A stretch of DNA of 64,000 nucleotides from assembly GCA_964016885.1 (NCBI GenBank), contig OZ024746.1:14384001-14448000 (forward strand). The letters are read 5' to 3'. Positions 42,186 to 56,249 of this stretch are shown in pieces. The notes under the pieces were generated by a model. The model saw only the letters and a program-made list of their open reading frames with translations, ran no database searches and was not told where the DNA came from. The first letter of the stretch is position 1; the number at the start of each line of letters is the position of its first letter. This stretch comes from Eledone cirrhosa. Lineage: Eukaryota. Position numbers and translations under genes: made by a program.

Positions 42186-42374
42186 ATACATACATACATA
42201 CATACATACATACATACATACATACATACATACATACATACATACATACATACATACATACATACATACATACATACAAATAAATAAACAGAATCTCATT
42301 GTCTGAATATGGTGATTTGAAAACAAATCTTCAATAAAGTGGGACTGTGCTCGAAATTCCAAGACCCACCTATA

Positions 42375-42775
42375 CCCCAGACTGATCCAAATCTTTTGGA
42401 ATAATTTAAGACAAAGCACTGGGGGTTTGTCATATCGATAAGCCTACTTAGTGGAAACAACAGACATGTTTCGATCTTATTAGATCTCATCCACGAAGAA
42501 TATTTACTCAGCAACATTGTCAGACCAAAACAACTAAATATAGATACAGAAAAGAAGATAATTATGCGCTAATTATGTGGGTAAACAACGGGTAGAGGGG
42601 AAATGCCAGCGGTGAAAGCTTTACATGATGAGTATGCATACACATAGTCAACTGAGACTCGCTAAGGAGATGAATGAGATCGAAACATATCCGTTGCTCT
42701 CACTATATTGACCAATAGACAGATCCATTCACTCCGCATTGTGTTAATTTTTTCCAAAAGACTTGAATCAATCAG
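42375..42775. mobile_element. Old decayed fold-back element with hammerhead remnants
   Basis: 42380-42490 is an imperfect reverse complement of 42665-42773; minus remnant GATGA-gatct-aata-agatc-GAAA-catg-TC. Confidence 0.55.
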
Positions 42776-43482
42776 GGCTTTAGAAGTTATCTCTCTTGTT
42801 CTCTTTTCACAATCGAAATACACCTAAAGGAATTTTAGGTCTTGAAATCGGGAGGTTTTTTACATTTAATTGAAGTTTCTTCATACTTGGCACATTCAGA
42901 TAATGAGGCCCTATTACACAATTTCATTTCCATTTTGGCTTCTCCGTTTAATCTATGCTGTTAGCAGTGGAATACCAGTGGGTTTTAAATTAAGAACGCA
43001 AGGCGACAAAACTAAATTTAGTAATTCAATTAGTTTATCACTTTGCCGTTCTTAACATTCTACACTTTGATATTTACAATTGAAGATTTTTTTTCAAGAA
43101 TTATATTGAGGTAATTAGCACATCACTTGAATATTACAATAACTATTAAACTATATTGGCAATTGAAATTTGACATTTTGTAGTGGCAGGCCTTATTGCA
43201 TATTTCCTTTGTAGACTTCGTCCAGAAATTTTGAAACTAGAATCAATCTGTATTTTTGTATATTCGAACATTTTTTCTGTTCAGTCAATATCACGGAATA
43301 TTTTCATAATTTTACATATACTTACAACTTACAAATTAACATTTAGAAAAATAACTAACTTCTATTTCATTTTTATTTTGAAATTATTGAACACTTCATA
43401 ACATTTCAGTAAGTATGACGTACCTTTTGAAATACTGACAAATGTAAGAGTGAACGTTTGAAGGTTATTATTATTGTTTGTA

Positions 43483-43680
43483 GGGTGGTGGATTGGCAGT
43501 ATCGGTAGAGGGTCTGACGCCATGCTTTGCAGCAAAGAGTTACGCCCCTTTATGGTTTGAGTTCAAATCCCGCCGAGGTTAACTTTGCCTTTCATCCTTA
43601 CGGGGGTCGATAAAATAAAGTACCAGTAATGTATTGGGTAATTGCTGGCCTTGTGCCAAAAGTAGAAACAATTATTATTA
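43483..43680 (+). mobile_element. tRNA-derived SINE, full length
   Basis: Family match; imperfect TSD TTATTATT.TTTGTAGGG. Confidence 0.9.
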
Positions 43681-43732
43681 TTTTTGTAGGGAGGGATTAC
43701 ATATAGGTATACAAACATTTTTCTGTACATGT

Positions 43733-45445
43733 ATCCATATTTTTTATATATTTTGAAACTCAAGAATATCAGAATTTAAAACCTAGTAATGCTTGTTTTA
43801 CAAATAAGAATTCAATAAAAATGGATATACTTTTGTGTAGTTTTGCTGAATTCGTGCAAGCACAGAAAAATGTGTTCTTAATCTCAAACTCATTCGTTTT
43901 TTTTTTCTACATACAGTGCCTTGAAGAGATCCACATCAAGACATCAAGAAAACACGTGCTCCAGCAATCTGCTTGCACAGCAAACGTTGCTTAGGTTCTC
44001 ATCTTTTAAGATTGAATGGACTTGGCAATGCATCAAATGTTGACTAATACTGAAGTGAAATGATCCTACTGACATCAAAAGTAAATAGTTCTACGAGATG
44101 TGCTTCTGATCTATTCATGCACACTGAATTTCTTGTAATGCTGCTTCAATTATTACAGTAAAATGATTGCCTATTTACCTTGAGCAAAGCTAAATCGATT
44201 AAGGTAGATTTTAAACAAAAAACTAAATATATAAAATTCAATCACAGTTATTATTGCTTTGGCCAAATTAACCACGATATTTTGATCATTTCAACATATC
44301 GGTTCAATATTGAATTATGTAGAAACGAGCTTGAAAATTATTCTAACATGTCACTGGAAATTATTTTGTCATCTGTATTCGGTGTTAGTCATAAAAAGAA
44401 AATTAATTTAATCTATTAATCCTTGAAGATATATGTGTGTGTGTGAACAAAGCATATATGTACAACACTTTTAAGGTTTGAAAATTTTCCAATATGTACA
44501 AATAAAAATAAACAAGCTATACTGATACTTGCAAGAATGCATACACAGAGGAATATAACATTGAAAGAATTTAGCAGACATTTGAGAACATTAAATCCAT
44601 CTTATAGCATTAAATCTATCTTATTTCTCTGAAGTTTCATTCCAAATCAACAACAAATTTCGAGATATAGCCCATCTGCCATTCAATTACGCTTAAAACG
44701 ATCCTTTTCAATTAATTTCAGAAAAAAGGAATGCTACAAACGTCACACAATCACAATCCGTTTCGATAATTTGTGGTTTCATGCCTTCGAAAGAAAGGAT
44801 TATAATTAAATTGATTACAATATTTGTTACGATATTTTACATATTTTGATTATAGAAAATATGATTGCGTTTTGAAGTAGAGTTATGAAAAATACCTCAC
44901 AATGTCGACTATTAATCATTCATTTGAATGCAACGGTATTAAAAAATCTACCAAAAAGAATCCTTTGAGGTTTTAAATGCATTAGAGTAAGTGATGCTAG
45001 AGATACTTGCATCATAAAAATAATATATAATTATGAGATTTATGTAAACTCTTCTTCTGTCTTTTATAAAAAATGATTCGAAGCTACTGAGATGATCTAT
45101 TTTATTATTTGATAAATATATATATGATAAATATCTTGTCATACTCAACAGCGCTAGTGATACACACGCAGATCGAATAGAAAGAAAACATGTATTTGAT
45201 ATGAAATATATGTAAAATAAAAGCAAAAATAATTTGTGGTACGAATTCATTGTTTTACTATAGTTAGAAAAAAGGATGAGTTTTGGGATTAAAAACGCAA
45301 TTTTTTATGCTCGCACGAATTCACCAAAACAGCACAAAAGAATATATTTATTCTTATTGAAATTCTTATTTGTAAAATAAACATTACTGGGTTTCAAATT
45401 CTGATATACTTGAGTTTCAAAATGTGGTATATAAAAAATATGGAT
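43733..45445. mobile_element. ~1.7-kb non-autonomous DNA-transposon-like element with ~170-bp imperfect TIRs
   Basis: 43733-43905 is an imperfect reverse complement of 45268-45445 (e.g. TTTTGAAACTCAAG.ATATCAGAATTT / AAATTCTGATATACTTGAGTTTCAAAA). Confidence 0.65.
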
Positions 45446-46145
45446 TTTAGTAATTCATAGAATCTTTATATATAAAGGGTTAGGAGAAATGATGAAAGAA
45501 AAATGCCATTCATACATATTATGGAATTATACAAATGTTTAGTGGTTTGCAAGAAAAGTGCTATTTTTTCATGCTGCATTGTAAATGTTTGCAGAGCATA
45601 AAATGTCTTCGTACAAATTACAGTTGACATTGCATCAGTATTTTGAAAATGTAGATATAATTTTTCACTTAAAGATCAAAGAACTTTGAGATGAACTATA
45701 ACCCAGCAGCGAAAATTTGTTAATTTGCCAAGGGAAACGCATGATGGATTGTTAAGATGGCAGAAATAAAATTGGAAAAAGGTTTATTCACTTATCTAGT
45801 TAAATAAATATATGTAACATAAATAATATGTGAATGTTAAATGACATTTTATCTAAATGGAAATTGAGAATATTAGCAATATATTGGGTGAGGCATTACC
45901 ATTAAGGAATTCCAAACATTTACTACATGAACAATTCTTCAAATGCCAATCCATAATGGCTCATAGTACTTGGAGCTACAAAGCTACTAACATCTAAATT
46001 AATACACATACATACATACATACATACATACATACATACATACTTACATACATACATATTTGTGTAAATGTGTGCATGCGTATATGGATTTTGAATATGT
46101 AATGAACTCCCATTCATAAACACAACTTGTGTGTGTTTGAGTGAG

Positions 46146-46215
<70 letters not shown>

Positions 46216-46609
46216 CGTGTGTGTGTGTATGTGTGTGTGTGTGTGTGGGCGGCACATTGTCTGAGAGAAGTAAGCATTATCTTGTGTTAAGATCACATCA
46301 AACACTTAACTTTTATCACATCATACGTCCCATTCCTTGATATGGCAGTTTCATACTTAGCAGTGGTCGTAAAGTATAATAGAAGTAGTAGCAGATAAGA
46401 GACGCCAGATTTATCGTGTCTCTACGATTTAATCATGGCAGTTATTGTAATTGGTTTCGCGTATGCTGTATCCGGGCCTCAATAGTTGTTTGCATTGTTT
46501 TGTTTGAAATTCTATATATAATTATGAAATCGACTAATGTAGTCATATCTAATATTTTTGCAAGTACTGTATGGAATTGTATTGTGGTGGCTTTTTGTTG
46601 TTAGTGCAT

Positions 46610-47160
46610 AGTTAACCAATGGGGAAGCGTAGTGCTTGTATGACGGGTGTAACAATTTGGGTTTTGAAATTCACAACTTTGAAGTGTGTATTTAAGATTC
46701 ATATACCACATTGGACATTTTAAGTATGTTCAATGATTCACCAGACTACGTTTGACTATTTATGAGGAGGCATTTAAAACAAATTTTAGTTAACAACGGG
46801 TATTCAAACATATTAGTAGACCATGCCGTAGAACAATATAAAAACAAATTTAGTCACATTACAAAGGCAGCCCAATAACAAAATATACAAACGACACATT
46901 TTGTATGCTACAAGAACCAAATGCACCCTGATTATAGAAGGGGTATACACATCATTAAAAACATAAAATAAAATACATGGCTTGATGTTCATCACAAAAA
47001 TAAAACAAATACCTGTTTAACTTGCAACCAGAGACTAGTAAACAGCAGAACATACCAATGTGTTATATAAGTTTCAATAAAAACATGAACGTTTTAGATT
47101 TCATGACCAAAAATGTTATATCAGTCACGCAAGCACTACACTTTCCCGTTGGCTAGCCAA
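46610..47160. mobile_element. MITE-like element with ~70-bp imperfect TIRs
   Basis: CCAATGGGGAAGCGTAGTGCTTGTATGACGGGTGTAACAATTTGG vs CCAAAAATGTTATATCAGTCACGCAAGCACTACACTTTCCCGTTGG. Confidence 0.6.
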
Positions 47161-47998
47161 GAACAACTTGTACTAAAACATCAAAATACTTTTATAGCAA
47201 AATTACAGATATTGAACGTAGGACTATTTTAAAAGCCATTTCTTTTTCGAACAATTGATTTTGTCTACATATGATATCCAATGCTCAGGTATGACAGTAG
47301 CTGTCAGTATAAACATTTTTGAAATTTTCTAAACTGTCATTACTAATGATCAAACCAATTTTCAAGCTAGTAGAAAATTAACAGCCATCCCTATGCTGAA
47401 AAGAATCGATCATATTACAAAATCTAATTGAAAATATTCATTAACAATGAATGTAGCAACTACTCATCTCAAACGATAAATAAGATATATCTGAAATAGC
47501 CGTGATAACTAACCTAGAATATTAAAAAATGTTAATAGTTTGCAGAATTATTATTTGAGAGATAAACCGTAATTGGACCGCAAACCAACTTCGTCTCATG
47601 GGAAAAACTGTCTGCAATGTACAGGCATTTTAACTCCACATTTCTGAATGTAAATTTATAATCATGAAAAAGGGAATTCAAGATTTTAACAAAATCAATT
47701 ATCGAAAAGGGTTAGATTTATGAAATACGATTAGCCATAACCAAAATATCTGAATGAAAAAAATCAGTAAAAATATCCCCTTGGTACGAATATCTTAAAA
47801 TCATTTTGATCTAATTAGCTGGAATGTAAAATATTTCGACCATAATACATTTAGAAATTAATGACAACGTCAAGATGCAAAGATCGACCTCGAAATTTTA
47901 GTATAATAAAATTGTATATTATAGACATTTAATAGTTGGATAATGGCATAACAGGTTGATTTTCAACAGAAGGTTAGTCATTCCAATGTGTGTTTGTT

Positions 47999-48149
<151 letters not shown>

Positions 48150-48559
48150 ACTTTAAAATCTATGGACAGTGAATTTTATACCAAATTGCTGTGTCTCATA
48201 GAACAAAGAGATTTTGTTACCTAGAATACAGAATAGATTATTGGTATAATGATATAAACCGACCTCTCGTTTTTACGTTATATACTACATAGACTGTTCA
48301 ACAAAGTCGATAAGTAGAAGGTCTTAACTGAATGTTGATGTATGTTGATCAACGTTTAATATTCACTCTACCTGGAATATATCCATCCTACCTGGAATAT
48401 AAAGATATGCAGCACAGAAAATTTTAAGAATGTGATCTGGTTGCAGAAAGAGAGTTGTTTTTTTTGTTTTTTTTTTGTTGTTCTCGTATGACTCTTGAAG
48501 ACAGTTGGTCAAAGTAATCCTGAATCAAGTTCTGCTATCGAAATGTTCACAAAGACTTG

Positions 48560-48830
48560 ATAAAACATCTTAGCCGTATGGTATGGAACATGAAAATAAA
48601 AACCGAGTATGGTCTTAAAGATCTGGTGGTATTTGTGTTCTCGGGGGAAGTGTTTATCTATAAGAGCTAAAAACTTTCCAACATTAGTTTTGACATTTAA
48701 TGAGAAAGGAGGAGAGAACAAAATTTAATGGACTCGCTTCTTTCAAATTCGATCTAATTAATCTAGTAGCAAACATCACCTTCTCCAAAAACTCTACCTC
48801 TTTCCAAAACAAATTAAATAGAGACTCGAC
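48560..48830 (-). pseudogene. Penelope-like (Naiad-type) relic with inverted junction
   Basis: Minus FSPPFSLNVKTNVGKFLALIDKHFPREHKYHQIFK; adjacent plus-strand FKFDLINLVANITFSKNSTSFQNKLNRD resembles a PLE N-terminal region. Confidence 0.75.
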
Positions 48831-51045
48831 CTATATATATATATGTGTGTGTGTGTGTGCAAAAGGTGACCTTTATATGTGTTCGTGTATGTATTTCTGT
48901 GTGTGTATCTCTGTGTGTGCATGTGCGTTTGCATGTGTGCGTGTATATATCTGTGTCTTTCTGAATGTAAGGATGCAAATATTTTAATTTCCTACAGTAT
49001 AGAATACTCTTAGATATTTCAATTGGTATATCTCATGTTTTAAACATTGACATCACTTTTTTGTCACATTAATTCACTCCTCAAGAAATATATAGACCTT
49101 GCAAATTAAAAACTTTTAATCGTATTATTGATACACAAAATGCCTCTTGTATACGCATCGTTTACTTTACTTATATATTTATTTAACCACCACCCACCAC
49201 CTATACATGATCAACCAAATGGATATGACCGAACATGAAAGATTTTCCAATATTTTCCTTGCATCAGAATTATTCACTTGTAATAATGTGCATATAGAGA
49301 AACCATCGTTCTACGTTTAAAGAAGCGTTTACTAAATAATTTCAGTTGACTTCATCTTTCCGGATTCCCTTAGATCATAAATGTGGACTTCGAACATTGC
49401 TTGCCGTCCTACAATCGATTATTTTTTTTTTTATTTCAATTGCAAATAATGTATATATCAAGAAAATGGTCGTTCATGCCCTCTAGGAGCTTGTTGATGT
49501 AGTAAAACTAAATATCGATTCCGTTTTATGAATTTAAAAAAATATAGAATATATTTGCGAACACTCAAATGTGTGTGATACTTCGTTGCAAATATATATT
49601 TATTCTTAAATGTTAATAAAGGTATCTAAATATCTGTCGACTGATTTCTTGTAAAATATTTATTCCAGATAGCATTCAGTGGATATTTGTATGATCATTA
49701 TGATTAGTGCCAATGAAATATATTTCATATTGCTGTAGATGAAATCTGAGATGTGCCTTGACGAAACAATAGATCTGTTGAAATATGTATCAAGTTTTAG
49801 CACTTTAGAATTCTCTACTGTTCTTATGGTGCCTGGCCGTCTCTGTGTTATAATTTCACGATATTTGATATTAAGAAAATACAATTACTACAGAATTCAT
49901 TTCATTTAATTAATTAATGTATATTTTTCGACTGGTAATCATGGACAGATATCTGGTAAAACATACATATTCAGTTCTGGTATCGAAAAGTCAGATTAGA
50001 AGAATAGTTACACGAGTTCATTAACGTATTCATATATAATATATATGTATATAGGTGATACCACACAATTATTACACCAATGTATATAATAACTAACTTT
50101 TCAGCTTCTTCAGAATTGCATTCCTGATTAATCTAAGTTTCAAATAAATTACAAAAACATATGTGTAATATTTAAAGCTATACATCCGAGGAAACAAATA
50201 TTAATACAAATACTATAAAATTTCCCTGTAAAATTAAATCACTTGTATATATTCTATTAACAATTAATGTGTTGTTATCACTGTCTACAGTGGGAATTTT
50301 AATATGCAGTTGCACTACTGCGTAAACAGAGATCTTGAACATAACTTTAAATTGGAACGTGATAATATAATCTCGTTTGATAGCAGGAAGACAAATAAGT
50401 AAGTTTTTGAATATCTATTCGTTACGCATAAACTAAAGAGAGGTAGCAAATGTTAGATCTCACATGTGCAAAGCGTATAATTTCTAAAGTTAAATCACAA
50501 ATCTTAGGCTTGTTCTTTTTAAAGAGAAAATTCTTCAGATTTGAGGATGTCTTACTCTCTAAAATGTTCCAATCACCTCTACGCTTGCTGGAGTATTACT
50601 CATGTACATATGATTGCAATACGGTTGTACATACACCGCTAAAACATCACACGCCAAAATGGCAATTCGACCGATTGGCAAACAAGATAAAGCAACTAAC
50701 TGACATATGTTCCTCTTACCTTTTACTATTTTATCGCTATCCTAATGGTTTTTGTTCCCTTTAACCAGTGATAACCAAAGTATTGTAATACTTACATCTA
50801 AATAGAAGAGGAAATCTACAAAGCTAATAGGTTTTGACAAACTTGATAGCCTCAAGTACTTAAAAGAAAGAATTTCTAGTTGCATAAAATTACATATGAG
50901 AATTAAGTTACTTCATGTAGTTTAGAAGCTATTATAACATAAAATGAAAATATACTTCATCTTCCATTCCACTGTGTTGCGGTCAGCAGCGCCCTTATTT
51001 GGGGAAGAAACAATGGGGTTGGCACTGGAAAAAGTGTTGCAACTC

Positions 51046-51105
<60 letters not shown>

Positions 51106-51107
<2 letters not shown>

Positions 51108-51305
51108 TCATCATCATCATATCGAGCTCGCCCGGCTTTCTACGACACGTTTCCTCCATCCATCTCTGTCTCTCATAGCGTTTGCCAGTTCTTCCGCAGT
51201 GCATCCAGTATCGTCCTCAAGTTGCTTGACGTGTGTCTTCTTGGGACGACCAGCGTTTCTTGCTCCATGAGATGGACTCCATAACAACAGATCACCTGCT
51301 ATTTC
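51106..51305 (-). mobile_element. RTE-clade LINE 3' end with (TGA)n tail
   Basis: Minus: DLLLWSPSHGARNAGRPKKTHVKQLEDDTGCTAEELANAMRDRDGWRKRV..* then (TGA)n. Confidence 0.85.
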
Positions 51306-51370
51306 TGCCTCGCTCTTTGTTTTTATTCATTGTTTTTATTAATTTATATATATATATATATATATATATA

Positions 51371-51483
51371 GTTGTATGGTTGCATGAAAAATGCGTCCGT
51401 AGGCGGTATGCCGGTTGAGCACTCGATGCTCGCACAGAGCAGAGTATAATAGTATAAGGATAAGGAACAAGGATTCAGTGCTG
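51371..51483 (-). mobile_element. Short repeat in (TA)n, homolog of 11330-11440
   Basis: Shared sequence and bulged stem-loop at 51420-51446. Confidence 0.7.
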
Positions 51484-51614
51484 CATCATAACATATTGAA
51501 TAACATATTACATATGCTTCACTATCGATCAGGCAGACTATATGTATTTGAATTAAAATATTTTATTCTAGCTATTTTATTGTCAATTGCAACAAAAACA
51601 TGTAAATGTTTATC

Positions 51615-51648
<34 letters not shown>

Positions 51649-51854
51649 AAATTAATAAAAACAATGAATAAAAACAAAGAACAAGTTCCTTATATTAAAA
51701 ATTTCATCATTTTACGATCGTTTCTAGGATATATATGTGTTGGTATGTATATCATATAGATCTATGTATCTGGTATGTATATCATATAGATCTATACAAA
51801 CTATCAGAGGAAATATACATACCTTCATATATATATGCTGTCTTCAGAAATAAT

Positions 51855-52040
51855 TGCTTCTACTTTTGGCACAAGGCCAGCAATTACCCAGTGTATTACT
51901 GGTACTTTATTTTATCGACCCCATAAGGATGAAAGGCAAAGTTAACCTCGGCGGGATTTGAACTCAGAATGGAAAGGGCCATAACTCTTTGCGTCAAAGC
52001 ATGGCGTCCGACCCTCTACGGATACTACCAATCCACCGCC
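51855..52040 (-). mobile_element. tRNA-derived SINE, full length with 15-bp TSD
   Basis: TSD GTCTTCAGAAATAAT at 51840-51854 and 52041-52055. Confidence 0.93.
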
Positions 52041-52768
52041 GTCTTCAGAAATAATGATATTTGTTTATTGAAAAAAACCAACAAAGATTTAATATAATAG
52101 GTCTGTTTGGGAACAGGTTTTGAATTGACCAATAGAAAAGTAGTAAGAGGTCAAGTTGATAGAATAGTAGTAGTAGAAATTTTATTTAGGGGTAGAGGAA
52201 TGCAGACTTAAGTTTTGAATGGAAAGAATACTTTGAATGAAAAGAATACTTTGGGGATGAAAAGAGGTCAAGCCGGTGAAGGGTACACGAAAATTTGATG
52301 CTATTAAAGAATAATGTTGATGTTAAAACCGAAGGAGAATAAAATTTTAGGGTAAAGGTGTTAGTGGAAAATACCAATCTTATTTAAAACACAAGGAATT
52401 TAGATCTATAACAAGAAATTAAATTAATTGATAGGTATACTTATAGGGATAAATTTATATTAATTCATATGGATGTGATAAATAAGAATTAGATGTTATT
52501 AAAGAATGTTGTTAAAAACGAAGGAAAATAAAATTTTGGGATAAATGTAGTAGTGAGAAATACCAATCTTAGACTACAATGAGTCTATATTCATAACAGG
52601 AAATTAAATTAATTTATATGTATACTTTTAGGTATTAATTTTAGGAAAAGAGAGCTGTAAGAGGGAAATAAAATTATGAAGTTCTCTGTAGTAAAGTACT
52701 AATTATAGGTTAACTAAATTAAAAAAATTAATTATAATAATATGTAAAATATAGGTGTAAGGTGTATA

Positions 52769-54410
52769 TTAATTAGGTTTATAATATTTGAAAGTTCTTC
52801 TAATTCTATGATTGCAAGATATAATTAATTCTTGTCGCTTATTTAATAGGATATCCTTAGATTTCATTATTTCAAAAAGTTCCTGGGAGCATAATCTACA
52901 CTCATATCTGTTATTTTGATAAGGGGTGGCCCTTTTGAGCACACTCCAGGTCAGGTTGTAATCGATATTCTTTTTTCTATAATTATTAATTGTTTCAGCC
53001 AATGATGTTGTATTAGCTAATGCGGCATTTTTAAAACTATGTTTGTGGGTATTAAATCTTACTTTAAATTGGTTAGATGTAGCTCCTATATATGAATAAG
53101 TTGAGTCCTTAGTGATAATTTTACATTTATATACTATGTTATTAATAAGACAGTTTCCCTTTAATGGGCAATTTCTTTTGTTTCTACAGTTACAACCATT
53201 CGTGAATATTATATCAGGGGAGTTAGTCAAATTTGGTGTGGAATTTACTCGACTTGTTATATGTGAATGAGATGGTGGTTTGTTGCGGTTTATTTTAGTA
53301 TTACGGTTAGTTTGATGTGTTGGTGGTATATTCGTGGGTTTTTTACATTTATATGCATTGTACGCACTTATATTTTGTTGTATATTCTTGGTAGTGGAGT
53401 AGGAAAATTTGACAGTTGATGTATTTAAAGTTTGATGGTATTTATGGTTTGGGGGGAAGTTTTTCTTTAGGATAGTAAAAGATTTTTTAGAGATATCTTT
53501 AATTTGTAGATTAAATGGAGCATTATACCAAGTAACTCGTCTATTACGGTTTCGATGTTGTTTTTTATATTTATACGATGTATCAGGATGTTTACTAAGA
53601 GAATTAGTATTAGTGAATTTATTATATATAGGTTTAGTTAGATTAACTGATTTAGGTGTTTTAGTCTGATTATTAGGAATTTTGTTCGTAATGTTATTAA
53701 CGTATATTGGAGAATTAGGATGAATGGTTTTTTGAAAGTTATTATATTTTATGTGAGAAGAGGTAGAGAAATTAAGTTTTAGGTTGGTATTTTGGGGTGT
53801 AGTGTGAGTGGCATTTAGGTGTGTGTTTTTCATTTGGTGTTTGTTGGTAATATTGGGTTGTATGTTTGAAGTATTATTGGTGCAAGGTATATAGACTAAT
53901 TTGTTTTTGTGGCCGCTTCTAGCTAAAGCTTCGTTATAAAAGGGCGCATTTTTATCGAATACATCCTGGTTAGATGAAAGGTTAGAAATTCTGAGTGAGA
54001 TATTATATGCTAGGTTTTTAAGGATAGATCTAGGGTGATTGGATTGTTAGTGTATGTAATGTAAGTTTAAGTTTTGGTTAGATTTATGGTAAGGTTGGTA
54101 GGTACCCGTAGATAAGTCTAAAGTTATATCTAGGAAATTAACTATTTTACTGGTGTTTTCAAATTTAATAGTGAGACTATAATAGTCTTTGAGGAAAGTT
54201 CTAATAATTTTTTTTTTTTTTTCAATTTCTGATAGGCTAAGGTTAGTGGAAAGAAGAAGACAGTCATCACGATATAAACCACCTTTAAGGTGGGGAAAAG
54301 AAGGATTTATGTTAAATAGAAGAAAGAGGCCCACAAGATCGGTAATTTAGGCAGAATCACTAGAGCCCATAGTAATATCGAATAGATTACTATATGTATT
54401 TATGGTCCGG
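52769..54410 (-). pseudogene. Penelope-like retroelement (Naiad-type): RT core/thumb + CxC linker + GIY-YIG endonuclease, frameshifted
   Basis: FDITMGSSDSA*ITDLVGLFLL, GLYRDDCL, NFLDITLDL, SNHPRSILK, CNCRNKRNCPLKGNCL, IVYKC..YIGAT..FKVRFNTHKHSF, CRLCSQE, LLNKRQELIISCNH; open frame 52769-53833. Confidence 0.92.
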
Positions 54411-54461
54411 TATTCCTTCTGAAATTCCAGTAGTGGAAACTATATTTATAAAACCATATTT

Positions 54462-54525
54462 ATTTTATTATACATATTTCAAGGGCCACCAAGGCAAATT
54501 ATGGTGCGCTTTCATCAGATAAAAT
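54462..54525 (-). ncRNA. Type I hammerhead ribozyme, upstream of and co-oriented with the PLE ORF
   Basis: Minus: attttat-CTGATGA-aagcgcacca...tggtggccctt-GAAA-tatgta-TA-ataaaat. Confidence 0.8.
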
Positions 54526-55667
54526 ACTGATTTGTTTTATAAATAAATATTGACATACCCGGAAAAAAAGACAACCTTAATGGTTGGAGCTTCCTGGATA
54601 GTGGAGATATTACATTTATTGAGGGTGATAGAAAATTATGATTGAGTATGCAAAGGAGTGTCCGAAAGGTTGAAAAGATAACGGTTTATTTAAATTAAAC
54701 TGTTGGATTAAGGTGATATGTGAGGGAGAGAGAAAAAAAGAAAAAAGAAAAAAAGAATAAAGAAATGAGAAAGATAGGAGAGGAAAGAAAGAACGATTAT
54801 ATATATTTTGACACTGAAAATAGCGTGCATGAAGAGAAGAGCGTAAGTATATTTAAGTGAGAGAAGATAAGAGTGTCAAAGGATAAATACAGCGTAAGTA
54901 TATTTACGTGAGGGAAGAAATGAAGAAAAGAAGAAATGAGAATAGCGTGGAAGAATAATATTTATAATGCAGGATTCATTATGTTTTGATTATAATATTT
55001 ATAATGATAGGTTGAAAAATTAGATTAAAATTAAAAATTAAAATTTAATGATGTGTATGTTAAGGATTATAGATTATTTAAATACATATATATTATTTTA
55101 GAGCAAATCTAGTATAGTTTATTTTATTAAAAGTTGTAAGTCAAAATTTTAAACATCCAAATAATTCTAAATTTATGGAAAATTTTCGAGAGTTTACAAA
55201 AGAATAACCACTTAGTTATATTATAAAAACAGTAAGGAAGCGTAAAGGAAGTTATAAGTGATTTTTTTAAGAACCCAGATGACTCTAAGTTAAGATGCTA
55301 TAAAGTTAAAAAGTAAAATTTTCTATCTTAAAATTAAAACATGAACCATATGTTATTTTATACGAAGTCATAAATTTACTTGCTGTAAACATTTAAAAAG
55401 ATTTATCTTAAGAATATATTTAAAGCATAAACCATAGGTTACTCCACATATATATAAAAAAACATATGTTTTTCCACATATATATAAACATTTGGATATA
55501 TATATTAAAAACGTTTGAAAATATAAGAATATATAAATATAACAATATAAAAATATTGGAAGGTATAAAAATAATGGTTTTTCTATATCTTTCAAAGGAA
55601 TTTTCAAAAGATTTTCTTAAACCCTTTTTTCCGGGTATGTCAATATTTATTTATTAAAAAAATCTGT

Positions 55668-55731
55668 ATTTTATCTGATGAAAGCGCACCATAATTTGCC
55701 TTAGTGGCCCTTGAAATATGTATAATAAAAT
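55668..55731 (+). ncRNA. Type I hammerhead ribozyme
   Basis: attttat-CTGATGA-aagcgcac...gtggccctt-GAAA-tatgta-TA-ataaaat. Confidence 0.8.
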
Positions 55732-55881
55732 AAATATGGTTTTATAAATATAGTTTCCATTTATTAATATTTTATGCATTTACTCCACCTACTGTTGAGT
55801 GCTTTTACATCAGTTATAAAAATGTTTAAGCTTGTTGAAATGTTTAAGCTTGTTGAATCCCAACAAATTAAATATAACCTC

Positions 55882-55930
<49 letters not shown>

Positions 55931-55933
<3 letters not shown>

Positions 55934-56063
55934 CAAAGATCGGAATGAGAGTATTCCGCAGTTCACAGTAATATATTTGAGCTCAGATGAAAATTCTGTT
56001 CTTCTTCGGGCTAATATTATTATTACTGTGAACTGCGGAATACTCTAATTCCGATCCTTGTAT
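55931..56063. repeat. ~42-bp inverted repeat next to (TA)n
   Basis: ATACAAAGATCGGAATGAGAGTATTCCGCAGTTCACAGTAATA / TATTACTGTGAACTGCGGAATACTCTAATTCCGATCCTTGTAT. Confidence 0.8.
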
Positions 56064-56249
56064 ATTTAACGAGCTCCAGATTGTTGAGCTAATAAATTCG
56101 AATGGTTGGGCTGCTCTCTCTAGCATTTTCCCCAATTCATGAGCCGTTATTTGATGCAAATAACACGTGATTTCGCCCTACTCTGGGCAGCGTGTATATT
56201 AGCTTTCTCTCTATGCATTAGGCTAGATGTGTCGTGGACAACACCCATA

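Larger units (their letters stand above)
54434..55885. mobile_element. Inverted pLTR pair of a Penelope-like element, each with a hammerhead
   Basis: 54434-54568 is the reverse complement of 55624-55759; the tail to 55885 ends in (TA)n; same family as 31598-32027. Confidence 0.85.
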
